NCBI GenBank assembly: GCA_036338695.1
Contig: JAYZBQ010000037.1
Coordinates: 1 to 27,671 of the forward strand
From: Myxococcota bacterium
Lineage (GTDB): Bacteria; Myxococcota; UBA4151
Length of the DNA: 27,671 nucleotides
Direction: 5' to 3'
Position 1 is the first letter of the stretch, and the number at the start of each line of letters is the position of its first letter. The position numbers and the translations under genes are program-made. Below are positions 6,731-15,114 of the stretch, in pieces. The notes under the pieces were generated by a model that made no database searches, had not been told where the DNA came from, and worked only from the letters and a program-made list of their open reading frames with translations.

Positions 6731-9277
6731 TTACTCGTAGCGATATTTGACCCAAGCACGGATCGAGCTGCGATAATTTGTGTCGTTGTAGGTGTTCCCC
6801 TCGCTGTCCGTGTCGTTGCACCAGCGCCCGTCCCAGTCGTAGTGGTAATCCCAGCGGATCGTGACCGACGCGCCCGCGTCGGCACGGTGGGTGACGTCGC
6901 GGTAGGTGAACCGCGTGCTCGCATCGCCGCCTGGCTCGGGTGTGGGTGAGAGCTGGTATGTTCCACCTGGATTGTTTTGCCCGGCAAACCAGCTGAAGTT
7001 GAGCCCGCCGCCTGAGGCGACGAAGCGGTTGGAGCCAGAGGTTGTCCGTGAGTCGCCGCAGATCCCGAGCTTGGTGATCACGATCCGCATCCCGGCGCGG
7101 CCGGGGATCGTCCCCATGGTGTGAGGCAGGTTGTTGCTCGAGGTCCCCAGCGCGCTCCAGACCGAGACGTTGGGGGTGCAATTGTTTCGGCAGGTGTCTC
7201 CGTCGTTTTGGTTGCCGTCGTCGCAGAGCTCTTCGCCGGCTTGGACGATGCCGTCGCCGCAGCGCGCCGTCTGGCAGCTGTTGGTGCACGCGTCCGTGTT
7301 GACCTGGTTGGCGTCGTCGCAGCCCTCCTCGCCCGCACGGGTGACGCCGTCGCCACAGCGCGCCACGGCGCAGCTGTTGAGGCAGGCGTCGGTGTTGATC
7401 TCGTTGCCGTCATCGCAGGCTTCATACCCCTCGGCATCTTCGGCGAGCCCTGCGCGCAGAACACCGTCGCCGCAGCGAGCGATGGTGCAGCTGTTGGTGC
7501 AGGCGTCGGTAGCGACTCGGTTGGCGTCGTCGCAGGTTTCTACGCCAGCCTGGATGATGCCGTCACCGCAGGAGGCGGCGCGGCAGTTGTTCAGGCAGCC
7601 GTCGGTCTGGACTTGGTTTCCGTCGTCGCAGTCTTCGGCGCCCTGGACGCGCCCATCGCCGCAGCGGATCGCCTGGCAGTTGTTGTCGCATCCATCGCCT
7701 TCGATCTGGTTGCCATCGTCGCATTCTTCAACGCCGACGTTCAGGATGGCGTCGCCGCAGACGTTGGTGCGGCACGCGTTCGTGCAGCCGTCTTGGTTGA
7801 CCCGGTTGCCGTCGTCGCAGGCCTCTTCGCCCTCAAAGACGAAGCCGTCGCCGCAGCGGGCAGGGGCGCAGCCGTCGGTGCAGGCGTCCGTGTTGACCTG
7901 ATTGCCATCGTCACACGCCTCCCACAGGGCGCGGATGCCATCGCCGCAGCGCGCCGCCGCGCAGGCGTTGGTGCACGCGTCCTCGTCGAGGAGGTTGCCG
8001 TCGTCGCAGGCCTCATAGCCTTCTTGCCCTTCGTTTCGATCGCCGCGGACGATGCCGTCGCCGCAGCGCGCCACGAGGCAGTTGCTCAGGCAGCCGTCTT
8101 GGTCGTTTCGGTTGCCGTCATCGCAGGCTTCACCCTCGTCGACGCGTCCGTTCCCGCAGCCCTCGAGGCGACACTGTGCGTCGCAGCCATCACCGGACTC
8201 GTTGTTGCCGTCATCGCAGGCCTCCAGGCCGGCGCGGGTGACGCCGTCACCGCAGGCCGCCGCTCGGCAGTCGTTGGTGCAGTCATCGGTGTTGTTGGTG
8301 TTGCCGTCGTCGCAAGCCTCGCCTGCGTCGACTCGGCCGTTGCCGCAGACCTCTTGCTGGCACTCATCGTCGCAGCCGTCTCCGGCGGCGTTGTTGCCGT
8401 CGTCGCAAGCCTCAAAACCGGCCTGCTCGGGGGTGAGGTCGGCGCGCAAGATGCCGTCGCCGCAGCGCGCTCGCTCGCAGGTGGTGGTGCAGGCATCACG
8501 CGCCTCACCGTTGCCATCGTCGCAGACCTCTTGACCTGCCCAGATCTGTCCATCGCCGCAGACCGCCGGGGCGCAGGTGTTCAGGCAGGCGTCGGCGTTG
8601 TCGGCGTTGCCGTCATCGCAGCGCTCGCCGGCTTGAACGATCCCGTCACCGCAGGTCGCAGGCTGGCAGTCTGCGCAGTCGTCGGTCGGGTCCGCGTTGC
8701 CATCGTCGCAACCTTCGCCAGGACCGACGATCCCGTCTCCGCACCCTGCCTCAACGCAGGTGCTCAGGCAGGTGTCGTCGTCCGCCTCGTTACCGTCGTC
8801 ACAAGCCTCATAGCCTGGCTCGTCGACGCTTAGGTCCGTGCGCGTGATGCCGTCACCACAGGTGGCGACGACGCAATCACTCAGGCACGCGTCCTGCTCG
8901 TTGTTGTTGCCGTCGTCGCAGCCCTCAAAGCCGTCGTCGCCTTCGCTCAGGTCGGTGCGTGCGATACCGTCTCCGCAGCGCGCTTGCGTGCAGGCGTTGG
9001 TGCAGCCGTCGGTGTCGTCGTCGTTGCCGTCATCGCAAGCCTCGGCGCCCTCTTCGGTCAACTCGAGGTCCGAGCGCGTGACGCCGTCACCGCAGCGTGC
9101 AGGGAGGCAGGCTGCGGTGCAGCCATCGGTGTTGTCGAGGTTGCCATCATCGCAGACCTCCTCACCATCGATCGTGCCGTTGCCGCATTCGGCTTGCGTC
9201 TCTCGCACGACGACCTGCTGCCCGCAGGCGACGCCGAGGACTCCAAACCCGATAAGCGCCACAACCATTCTCTTCAT
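6731..9277 (-). CDS. Myxococcus cysteine-rich repeat (DUF4215-like) lipoprotein, 848 aa, with an unrecognised C-terminal domain
   Basis: AAGGAG RBS, lipobox LGVAC, 20 CG[DN]x...CDD[GA]N...C...C repeats counted by eye, and a non-repetitive C-terminus of about 145 aa. Confidence 0.9.
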   Translation of the reverse strand: MKRMVVALIGFGVLGVACGQQVVVRETQAECGNGTIDGEEVCDDGNLDNTDGCTAACLPARCGDGVTRSDLELTEEGAEACDDGNDDDTDGCTNACTQARCGDGIARTDLSEGDDGFEGCDDGNNNEQDACLSDCVVATCGDGITRTDLSVDEPGYEACDDGNEADDDTCLSTCVEAGCGDGIVGPGEGCDDGNADPTDDCADCQPATCGDGIVQAGERCDDGNADNADACLNTCAPAVCGDGQIWAGQEVCDDGNGEARDACTTTCERARCGDGILRADLTPEQAGFEACDDGNNAAGDGCDDECQQEVCGNGRVDAGEACDDGNTNNTDDCTNDCRAAACGDGVTRAGLEACDDGNNESGDGCDAQCRLEGCGNGRVDEGEACDDGNRNDQDGCLSNCLVARCGDGIVRGDRNEGQEGYEACDDGNLLDEDACTNACAAARCGDGIRALWEACDDGNQVNTDACTDGCAPARCGDGFVFEGEEACDDGNRVNQDGCTNACRTNVCGDAILNVGVEECDDGNQIEGDGCDNNCQAIRCGDGRVQGAEDCDDGNQVQTDGCLNNCRAASCGDGIIQAGVETCDDANRVATDACTNSCTIARCGDGVLRAGLAEDAEGYEACDDGNEINTDACLNSCAVARCGDGVTRAGEEGCDDANQVNTDACTNSCQTARCGDGIVQAGEELCDDGNQNDGDTCRNNCTPNVSVWSALGTSSNNLPHTMGTIPGRAGMRIVITKLGICGDSRTTSGSNRFVASGGGLNFSWFAGQNNPGGTYQLSPTPEPGGDASTRFTYRDVTHRADAGASVTIRWDYHYDWDGRWCNDTDSEGNTYNDTNYRSSIRAWVKYRYE
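7177..9187 (-). repeat. Intragenic tandem array of 20 degenerate Cys/Asp-rich coding repeats
   Basis: Recurrent TGCGA[CT]GA[CT]G[GC][CT]AAC and TG[CT]GG[N]GACGG units on the minus strand, in short and long variants. Confidence 0.9.
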
Positions 9278-9282
9278 GATCT

Positions 9283-9288
9283 CTCCTT
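9283..9288 (-). promoter_or_regulatory. Shine-Dalgarno AAGGAG of the 848-aa lipoprotein gene
   Basis: CTCCTT on the + strand, 5 nt from the ATG at 9277. Confidence 0.75.
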
Positions 9289-9413
9289 GAGTTGTCCATA
9301 CGCTCTACGGACAGACCACCGTAAGGGGACCCACGCAGCTCGTCGCCGCCGGAGGTCTCGCTCCAAAGCTCACAGATTCTATGCGATGTAGGTGGGCTGT
9401 GCCAAGCCGCTGA

Positions 9414-10718
9414 TTACAAGCTCAGGATCCCGTTGGAGTCGCCGAAGGACTCGGTGTCGAGGCCCATCTGCCGTGCGATCGCCACGAACAAGTTGGCGAT
9501 CGGTGTCGTGTCGGGCACCCGTTGGTGCAGACCCTGAGTCAGGCCCATACCTTCGCCGCCTGCGAGCAGCACGGGCAGGTTGTGGTGCCGGTGCCGGTTA
9601 CCGTCCTCGACCTCGGAGCTAAAGAACAGCAGGGTCTGGTCGAGTAGATCGCCGGACCCCTCGGGGATCGCAGCGAGTCGGTTGAGCAGGTACCCGACCT
9701 GCTCGACCTCCCAAGCTGCGATGCGCACGAGCTGGTCGATCATGTCAGGGTTGTTCTGGTGGTGGCTCAAGGTGTGGTGCCCCTCTGAGATGCCGAGGTG
9801 AGGCATCGCTCGGTTCGACCCGGCGTTGCCGAGCATGTATGTCGCCACCGGCGTGAGATCGCATTGCAATGCCAGCACGAGGAGATCGAGCATCTGACGG
9901 ACCTTTGTGGGCAGGTCTTCTGCCGCACCGGGGATCTCGCCGGGCGCGCAGATTTGGCTCTCGGCGAAATCGATCTGCCGCTCGAGCTCGCGCACCGCTG
10001 TAAGGTATTGATCGAGCTTGAGTCGGTCGGCGCTGCCGAGGCGGCTCGAGAGGCTCTGTGCGTCGCTGTGGAGGTAATCGAGCATGCTGCGCCGGTCGCG
10101 TGCCCGGCGCGCCCGCTCTTGCGGGCTAAGCTGCTGGGATGCGGAACCAAAGAGTCGGTTGAACAGCAGCCGTGGGCGCGTCTCGCGCGGCGCCGGCGTG
10201 GTCTCGTTGATCCACGAGATGTTGCGGCTGTAGGCGCAGCTGTAGCCCGAGTCGCAGCCGCCTGCGTTGCCTCCCCCTTCCGACGCGACCGCCATGCTCT
10301 TGAAGCGGTAGTCATCGCCGAGCGCGCTGGCGATGTGCTGATCGAGGCTGACGCCGTTGCGGATGCCGGCGCCCTCGGTCTTGTAGCAGTGCGCAGCGGT
10401 CAAGAAGGAGCCCGTCCCCGCGGCGTGGTCGCCAGGCCCGTCGGGGCGTGCCGGATCGTTGCGCAGGCCGCTGATGACGCGGATCCGGCCCTGCAGCGAT
10501 GCCAGGGGCGCGAGGATCGGCTTGAGGTCGAAGTCAGCGCCCTCTCGGTCGGGCGTCCACCCAACCGATTGGATCCCGTTTGGGACGTAGAACGCGACAA
10601 AGCGGCGCGCGGCGATTGGATCGGAAGCCCAGGCGGCGCGCGGCAAAGCGCTGTGCAATAAGGGGAGCGCTAGGGTGCCGCCGATGCCTCGAAGGAACTG
10701 TCGTCGGTTCATACTCAT
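9414..10718 (-). CDS. DUF1552 (HXXSHH) domain protein with Tat signal
   Basis: NRRQFLRGIGGTLALP Tat motif, YVPNG, CDSGYSCAYSRNISW, HHTLSHH and HRHHNLPVLLAGG. ATGA overlap with the upstream gene. Confidence 0.9.
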   Translation of the reverse strand: MSMNRRQFLRGIGGTLALPLLHSALPRAAWASDPIAARRFVAFYVPNGIQSVGWTPDREGADFDLKPILAPLASLQGRIRVISGLRNDPARPDGPGDHAAGTGSFLTAAHCYKTEGAGIRNGVSLDQHIASALGDDYRFKSMAVASEGGGNAGGCDSGYSCAYSRNISWINETTPAPRETRPRLLFNRLFGSASQQLSPQERARRARDRRSMLDYLHSDAQSLSSRLGSADRLKLDQYLTAVRELERQIDFAESQICAPGEIPGAAEDLPTKVRQMLDLLVLALQCDLTPVATYMLGNAGSNRAMPHLGISEGHHTLSHHQNNPDMIDQLVRIAAWEVEQVGYLLNRLAAIPEGSGDLLDQTLLFFSSEVEDGNRHRHHNLPVLLAGGEGMGLTQGLHQRVPDTTPIANLFVAIARQMGLDTESFGDSNGILSL

Positions 10719-12796
10719 CGCTCGCCCTCCTGTCGGCGTCGGCTCTCGGTGAAGAGGCGTGACTCAGCGATCAGCTTAAAGAGCGTCTTCACGCCTTGTC
10801 CTGAAGCCTTGAACTCCCGGTGAATCGCCTCTTTGTGGCAGCGGTCGAGACGGCGCGGCGCGCGCGCCAGGGCATAGATCACCATCTGCTCGACGAAACA
10901 TTCCGTAAGGCGTGGGTCCTCGGCGATGATCGCCTGCAGCTCGATCAAGCCGTCGAATGAGCGCCCATCAGGGAGCTCGCCCGTGGTGTCGATCGCCTCG
11001 CTCTTGCGCGCGCCGATCCCGTCGTAGCCGTCCATGCCCAAGCCGATCGGGTCCATACTTTGGTGGCACGCTGCGCAGGCTGGGTCGGCGCGGTGGCGCG
11101 CCAAGCGCTCGCGCAACGTCCCGCCAAGCTCTGGGTCGTCGAGGTTGTCTTCAACGCCCGGCGGCGGCGGCGGCGGGGCGTCGCAGAGCAGCCGCTCAAG
11201 CACCCATTTACCGCGCTTGACCGGCGAGGTGCGGGTGGGAAAGGAGGTCAGCGTCAAGATGCTGCCGTGGGTAAGCAGCCCGCCACGGCCGCCCGGCTCG
11301 CCGTCCACTTGATACCACCCCTCGACCTCATCGAGCGCTCGCCCCTCTTCGTCGAGGCCGTAGTGGGTTTTGAGGCGGCCATCGACCATGGTGGGCGCCT
11401 GCGTGAACGCGTCGGCGAGCGATCGATCCGAGCGAAACAGCCAGCGTAAGAGCAGGTCGGTCTCTTGGCGCATCGAGCGACGCAGCGGCTCGTCGAAGCT
11501 CGGGAAGTAGTGATAGTCCGGCTGAACCGTCTCGAGGTTAGCGAGGTGCAACCACTGCGCAAAGAAGCTCTCGAGCAGCTGCTCGGCTTGCGGGGCAGTG
11601 AGCATTCGGTCCACCTGAGCGGTAAAACCTGCGGCCTCGTCGAGCTCGCCGGAGCGCGCCGCCTCGAGCAGCTCACGATCTGGCGGTGCGTCCCAGAGAA
11701 AGAACGCCAGCCGAGCGGCGAGTTCAAAGCCGTTGAGGCGAGCGGGCTCGTCGCCCGTCGATGGCTCGAGCAGGTACAGCAGACGCGGCGAGAGCATGAT
11801 GGTCTTGAGACCGAGCGCAAGCGCCTGCTCCCAGTCGCTGCCATTGGCGACCGTCTGCTCAAGGTAGGCGCTGAAGCGGGACCAGTCATCAGCGGGGAGG
11901 GTGCGACGCCAGGCGCGCTCGGCGAAGCCTTTAAGCGCTGGCAGCACGCAGGGTGCACCCAGCGAGGTGTCGCAGGTGATGATCCCCTCGCGGATCGGAT
12001 TGTCCAGCCTGAGGTCGTAGGGTCCATCGAGCTCGATGCGGTCGACGATCAGGTTGCGGTCCCGCTGGCTGGGGTCGGGAGCATCGGGGCGGTAGTAGTC
12101 ATTGATGAACTCGACGGCGACGCGGTGTTCACCGGGCTCGACCGAAACGCGCTGCGTGTACTCTGCGGGCTGCCCCTCGGCGGTGACGTCAAAGGTTCGA
12201 ACCTCCCCGCTGTCGAGGTAGAGGGTCATCCGCGCCGGGTCCGGGCCGGCTTGCTGCCCGTAGGCGTAGATGCTGATGGCATAGGTTCCACCTGCCGGCG
12301 CCTCAAAGAAGAGCTCGAGCTCACCTCGAGACCACAGATTCCAGCCTCCGTTTCGGGTGGGACCGCCCACGGAGGCCTCCAGCTCCTCGGCGGGATAGAT
12401 CGTGCGCGCAGGGGGGGGCGCCACAAGGAGCGCATCAGCCACCGCTTGATCGACCACCGCTTCAGCCTGCTCGAGATGGACCGGGGTGAAGCTGAGCACC
12501 TCGCCGAGGTGATCAAATCCGTGACCGATGTCGTCTTCGGGGAGCTGGTCGGCAAGCGCCGGGTTGGCGCCAAGCAGATCCCTCAAGGCGTGCCCAAACG
12601 CACGTCGGCTGATCCGGCGCAGTGGCACAAACCCGGGGTCATCACAGCGCTCCGTGACGCCCGAGTCCGGCGTCATGGCGCCTGCATCGACGCCCCCTGA
12701 CGGCGCGCCAGCGTCGGTCAACGGATCAGGCGCTGGGCGCGAGCATGCGAGCGTTGTGACGAGCGAGGCGGCGAGGAGCAGGGAGGGCGTCTTCAT
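10715..12796 (-). CDS. DUF1587/DUF1595/DUF1592/DUF1588/DUF1585 (Planctomycete-type cytochrome c-related) lipoprotein with an inserted carbohydrate-binding-like module
   Basis: MKTPSLLLAASLVTTLAC lipobox, LRRISRRAFGHALRDLLG, ELAARLAFFLWDAPPD, TSPVKRGKWVLERLLC and the heme motif CAACH at 11063-11077. The insert contains VEFINDYY...DRNLIVDRIEL. Confidence 0.88.
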   Translation of the reverse strand: MKTPSLLLAASLVTTLACSRPAPDPLTDAGAPSGGVDAGAMTPDSGVTERCDDPGFVPLRRISRRAFGHALRDLLGANPALADQLPEDDIGHGFDHLGEVLSFTPVHLEQAEAVVDQAVADALLVAPPPARTIYPAEELEASVGGPTRNGGWNLWSRGELELFFEAPAGGTYAISIYAYGQQAGPDPARMTLYLDSGEVRTFDVTAEGQPAEYTQRVSVEPGEHRVAVEFINDYYRPDAPDPSQRDRNLIVDRIELDGPYDLRLDNPIREGIITCDTSLGAPCVLPALKGFAERAWRRTLPADDWSRFSAYLEQTVANGSDWEQALALGLKTIMLSPRLLYLLEPSTGDEPARLNGFELAARLAFFLWDAPPDRELLEAARSGELDEAAGFTAQVDRMLTAPQAEQLLESFFAQWLHLANLETVQPDYHYFPSFDEPLRRSMRQETDLLLRWLFRSDRSLADAFTQAPTMVDGRLKTHYGLDEEGRALDEVEGWYQVDGEPGGRGGLLTHGSILTLTSFPTRTSPVKRGKWVLERLLCDAPPPPPPGVEDNLDDPELGGTLRERLARHRADPACAACHQSMDPIGLGMDGYDGIGARKSEAIDTTGELPDGRSFDGLIELQAIIAEDPRLTECFVEQMVIYALARAPRRLDRCHKEAIHREFKASGQGVKTLFKLIAESRLFTESRRRQEGER

Positions 12797-12834
12797 GAGG
12801 GGCGTATGCCACAAAAGTGGCAACCCCGGCACCT

Positions 12835-14007
12835 CTAGGCACGCTTCAGCGTCAACAGAGTAACCTCTTGGCGGGCGCCGAGCCGCAGCGGCGGACCCCA
12901 ATGCGCCGTGCCGCGGTTGACGTAGACCCACATGTCTTTGCGCCGATACAGACCGGCGACGAGCGGCTGAAAAAGATAGATCAGCAGCGTGAACGGGAAG
13001 AACTGACCGCCATGTGTGTGACCCGACAAGACCAGATCAAAATGACTTTTTGGCAGCTCATTCAAGGAGCGGGGCTGGTGCGCTAGGAGCACCCTGAGGT
13101 CCGTCTGGGGCGCTGAACCACAGGTCGTCTCGAGGTCGCAGCGGTGGCTGGGCTCGTGACGCGGGGCGAAGCGATCGGGGATGCCGGCGACCATAAGCGA
13201 GGCTGCGCCGCGCCGGTGGACCTCGTGTGCGTTTAGATGCACCCGCCAACCGTTGGCGCTGAGGTGATCGCACCAAGGCTTCCAGCCCGCGTAATACTCA
13301 TGATTGCCGGTGCAGAAGTGCACACCCATGGGCGCCTTCATCTCGAACAGAGGGGCGAGGTCGGCAGCCAGCGCCGACACCGTGCCGTCAACGAGGTCGC
13401 CGGTGACCGCGATGAGGTCCGGCTCGGTGCTGTTGACGATGGCTGCGATCCGCTGCGTCTCCGCAGCCGTCGCAGTGGCGCCGACGTGGATGTCGCTGAC
13501 CTGCGCGATGCGCAAGCCCTCGAGGTCGGGATGCAGACCCTCGATCGGTACCTCCACGCGTTCGATGATCGGCTCGGCTCGCCCTCCGTGCAGCCCGGCT
13601 GCTGCGACGCCTGCGCTGGCTGCGGCGATCCCTGCGTTGGATGAGCGGATCAGAAAGGCACGCCGCGCCGGGTTGGCAGGCTCGTCGCTGCGCAGGCTCC
13701 GCCAGCGGGTCGAGAGCCACAGGAGGACGTCGCGGGCGATCAGAAAGGTGCCGAGGATGGCGACGCAGCCCATCGTGGCGAAGCCAAGGTAAGCGATGAC
13801 CGATCGCCCCGGAAGATCGGGGAGCAGCCGCGTGAAAAAGGAGCTCGGGACGATCAGCGCCACAAAGACCGCCAGCGCACGCGCCGCTGTTCGAGCGCGA
13901 GGGGAGAGCGTGTGGGCTCCCGTCAAGCGCCGGTAGATGTAGGCGCTAATGAGCGACCACATGACCGTGATGAAGAGACCGAAACCCAGGAACCGTAAGG
14001 GGGACAT
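12835..14007 (-). CDS. Membrane-anchored calcineurin-like metallophosphoesterase (YkuE/YaeI-like)
   Basis: Motifs SDIH, TGDLVD, GNHEYY, LLAHQP and SGHTHGGQ, with N-terminal TM helices. A GGAG RBS precedes the ATG at 14007. Confidence 0.9.
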   Translation of the reverse strand: MSPLRFLGFGLFITVMWSLISAYIYRRLTGAHTLSPRARTAARALAVFVALIVPSSFFTRLLPDLPGRSVIAYLGFATMGCVAILGTFLIARDVLLWLSTRWRSLRSDEPANPARRAFLIRSSNAGIAAASAGVAAAGLHGGRAEPIIERVEVPIEGLHPDLEGLRIAQVSDIHVGATATAAETQRIAAIVNSTEPDLIAVTGDLVDGTVSALAADLAPLFEMKAPMGVHFCTGNHEYYAGWKPWCDHLSANGWRVHLNAHEVHRRGAASLMVAGIPDRFAPRHEPSHRCDLETTCGSAPQTDLRVLLAHQPRSLNELPKSHFDLVLSGHTHGGQFFPFTLLIYLFQPLVAGLYRRKDMWVYVNRGTAHWGPPLRLGARQEVTLLTLKRA

Positions 14008-14188
14008 CGAGACTCCGTACCCTGTCATCGTGATGCGATCGCTGCTTACACGAGCGCGGCGCTCAATGCACGAACAGTCGGCGCTGGAAATTCTTCGCAC
14101 CAGGCGAACTCGGGCGAGCGATCAACTGCCCCACCGGCGCTAGGAAGGGGTGTGGATTCATGCCATCCATGGAGCCCGGAGTGACAGG

Positions 14189-15094
14189 ATGACCCAAGAG
14201 GCGACCGAAGGAACCTTAGCGGATCAGTCGCTCGCGCTGGCGCACCATGCCTTCGTTTTTCAAAGCGCCAAGGCGCTCGGGCTTGGGCTGTTCTTTTGGT
14301 GCGGCTTCCTCGCCTTCGTGATCGAGGAGTTTTTCAGACCGACTTATGGGCTGTGGATGCTGACGCCAGCCCTTTTGATGATGGGGTTCTCTGCACGGGC
14401 GATCCGGCGAGCGCTTGCTGCCAAGACGAGCGTCGACACCGCCACGGCGGGCTATGGACAGACCGCTCGCGCCTTTGTGGTGTTGCTTGGTCTGTGGTGG
14501 GTTATGGAGCTTGGCGCGGTGTGGGGGCTCTACCACGAGGCGTGGGCCTTTACGTTTCGTGTCCCGCTCTTTGCGCTGGCGCTGCTTGCGGCGGTCCCCT
14601 TGGCGCTGCGCGGCGCACGCGCAGCAGGCCATGACGGCGCGCCTCGGTGGGTTCTGCGTCTGCTGCCGCAGAGCCTCTTGCTCGGCGCGGTGGCGTTTCA
14701 GGGGGTCACGCTGCTGCGGCACATCCCGGCGGCGCGTCATTTTCGGCTGCCCGAGGTGGTCGCAGGCTTACTCGTCGTCAACGTGGCGCTCTGGTTTGCC
14801 ACCTATGCCTCGGCGAGGAGCTCGGCGCGTCGCCAGCCTCTGCCTGCCTTGAGCGGCGCGTCGGCGCAGCGCTTTTGGGGGTGGGGCTTAGGCGTTGGTC
14901 ACCTGGTGCCCGTGCTGATGGTGACGCAAGGGCTCACGCAGCTCGCCCCCCTCGCGCTGGGGTGGGCGGCGCTGGGGGTCTGCCTGTGCGAGCGCGTGGC
15001 GCTGCAGCAGCAAGCGCTCGCGACGGCGTCGCAAGCGCAAACGGCAGCGGAGTCCATGACAGACACGATGACTTCCCGTAGGGAGAGGGAGTAG
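14189..15094 (+). CDS. Polytopic membrane protein, distantly NrfD/PsrC-like
   Basis: Multiple hydrophobic segments. The C-terminal FWGWGLGVGHLVP...AALGVCLCERVAL and N-terminal FQSAKALGLG resemble NrfD-domain termini from memory. Confidence 0.5.
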   Translation: MTQEATEGTLADQSLALAHHAFVFQSAKALGLGLFFWCGFLAFVIEEFFRPTYGLWMLTPALLMMGFSARAIRRALAAKTSVDTATAGYGQTARAFVVLLGLWWVMELGAVWGLYHEAWAFTFRVPLFALALLAAVPLALRGARAAGHDGAPRWVLRLLPQSLLLGAVAFQGVTLLRHIPAARHFRLPEVVAGLLVVNVALWFATYASARSSARRQPLPALSGASAQRFWGWGLGVGHLVPVLMVTQGLTQLAPLALGWAALGVCLCERVALQQQALATASQAQTAAESMTDTMTSRRERE

Positions 15095-15114
15095 AACCCT
15101 TAGACGGAGGCCGT

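Noticed and set aside
7121..8833. 570-aa + strand ORF (and 7131..7901, 8052..8534) opposite the repeat gene
   Set aside because: Antisense shadow of GC-rich repetitive codons. It is Val/Ala-rich with no motifs and lies entirely within a well-supported gene.
7177..9187. Periodic repeats as a CRISPR array
   Set aside because: The units are degenerate at third codon positions and protein-coding, and no cas genes are present.
9385..9406. Possible sigma-54 promoter (TTGGCAC on the minus strand)
   Set aside because: The -24 element is present but there is no TTGC-like -12 element at the required spacing.
12411..12418. G8 homopolymer as a phase-variation tract
   Set aside because: It is short, encodes an Ala-Pro-Pro-Pro linker and leaves the frame intact. 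No evidence without reads.
11465..12700. 411-aa + strand ORF and the many other overlapping alternative-frame ORFs in the track
   Set aside because: They overlap motif-supported genes, and stop-poor frames are expected at this GC content.
13640..13680. Internal twin-arginine-like motif (PARRAFL) in the metallophosphoesterase
   Set aside because: An ordinary feature of membrane-anchored YkuE-like proteins, not novel.
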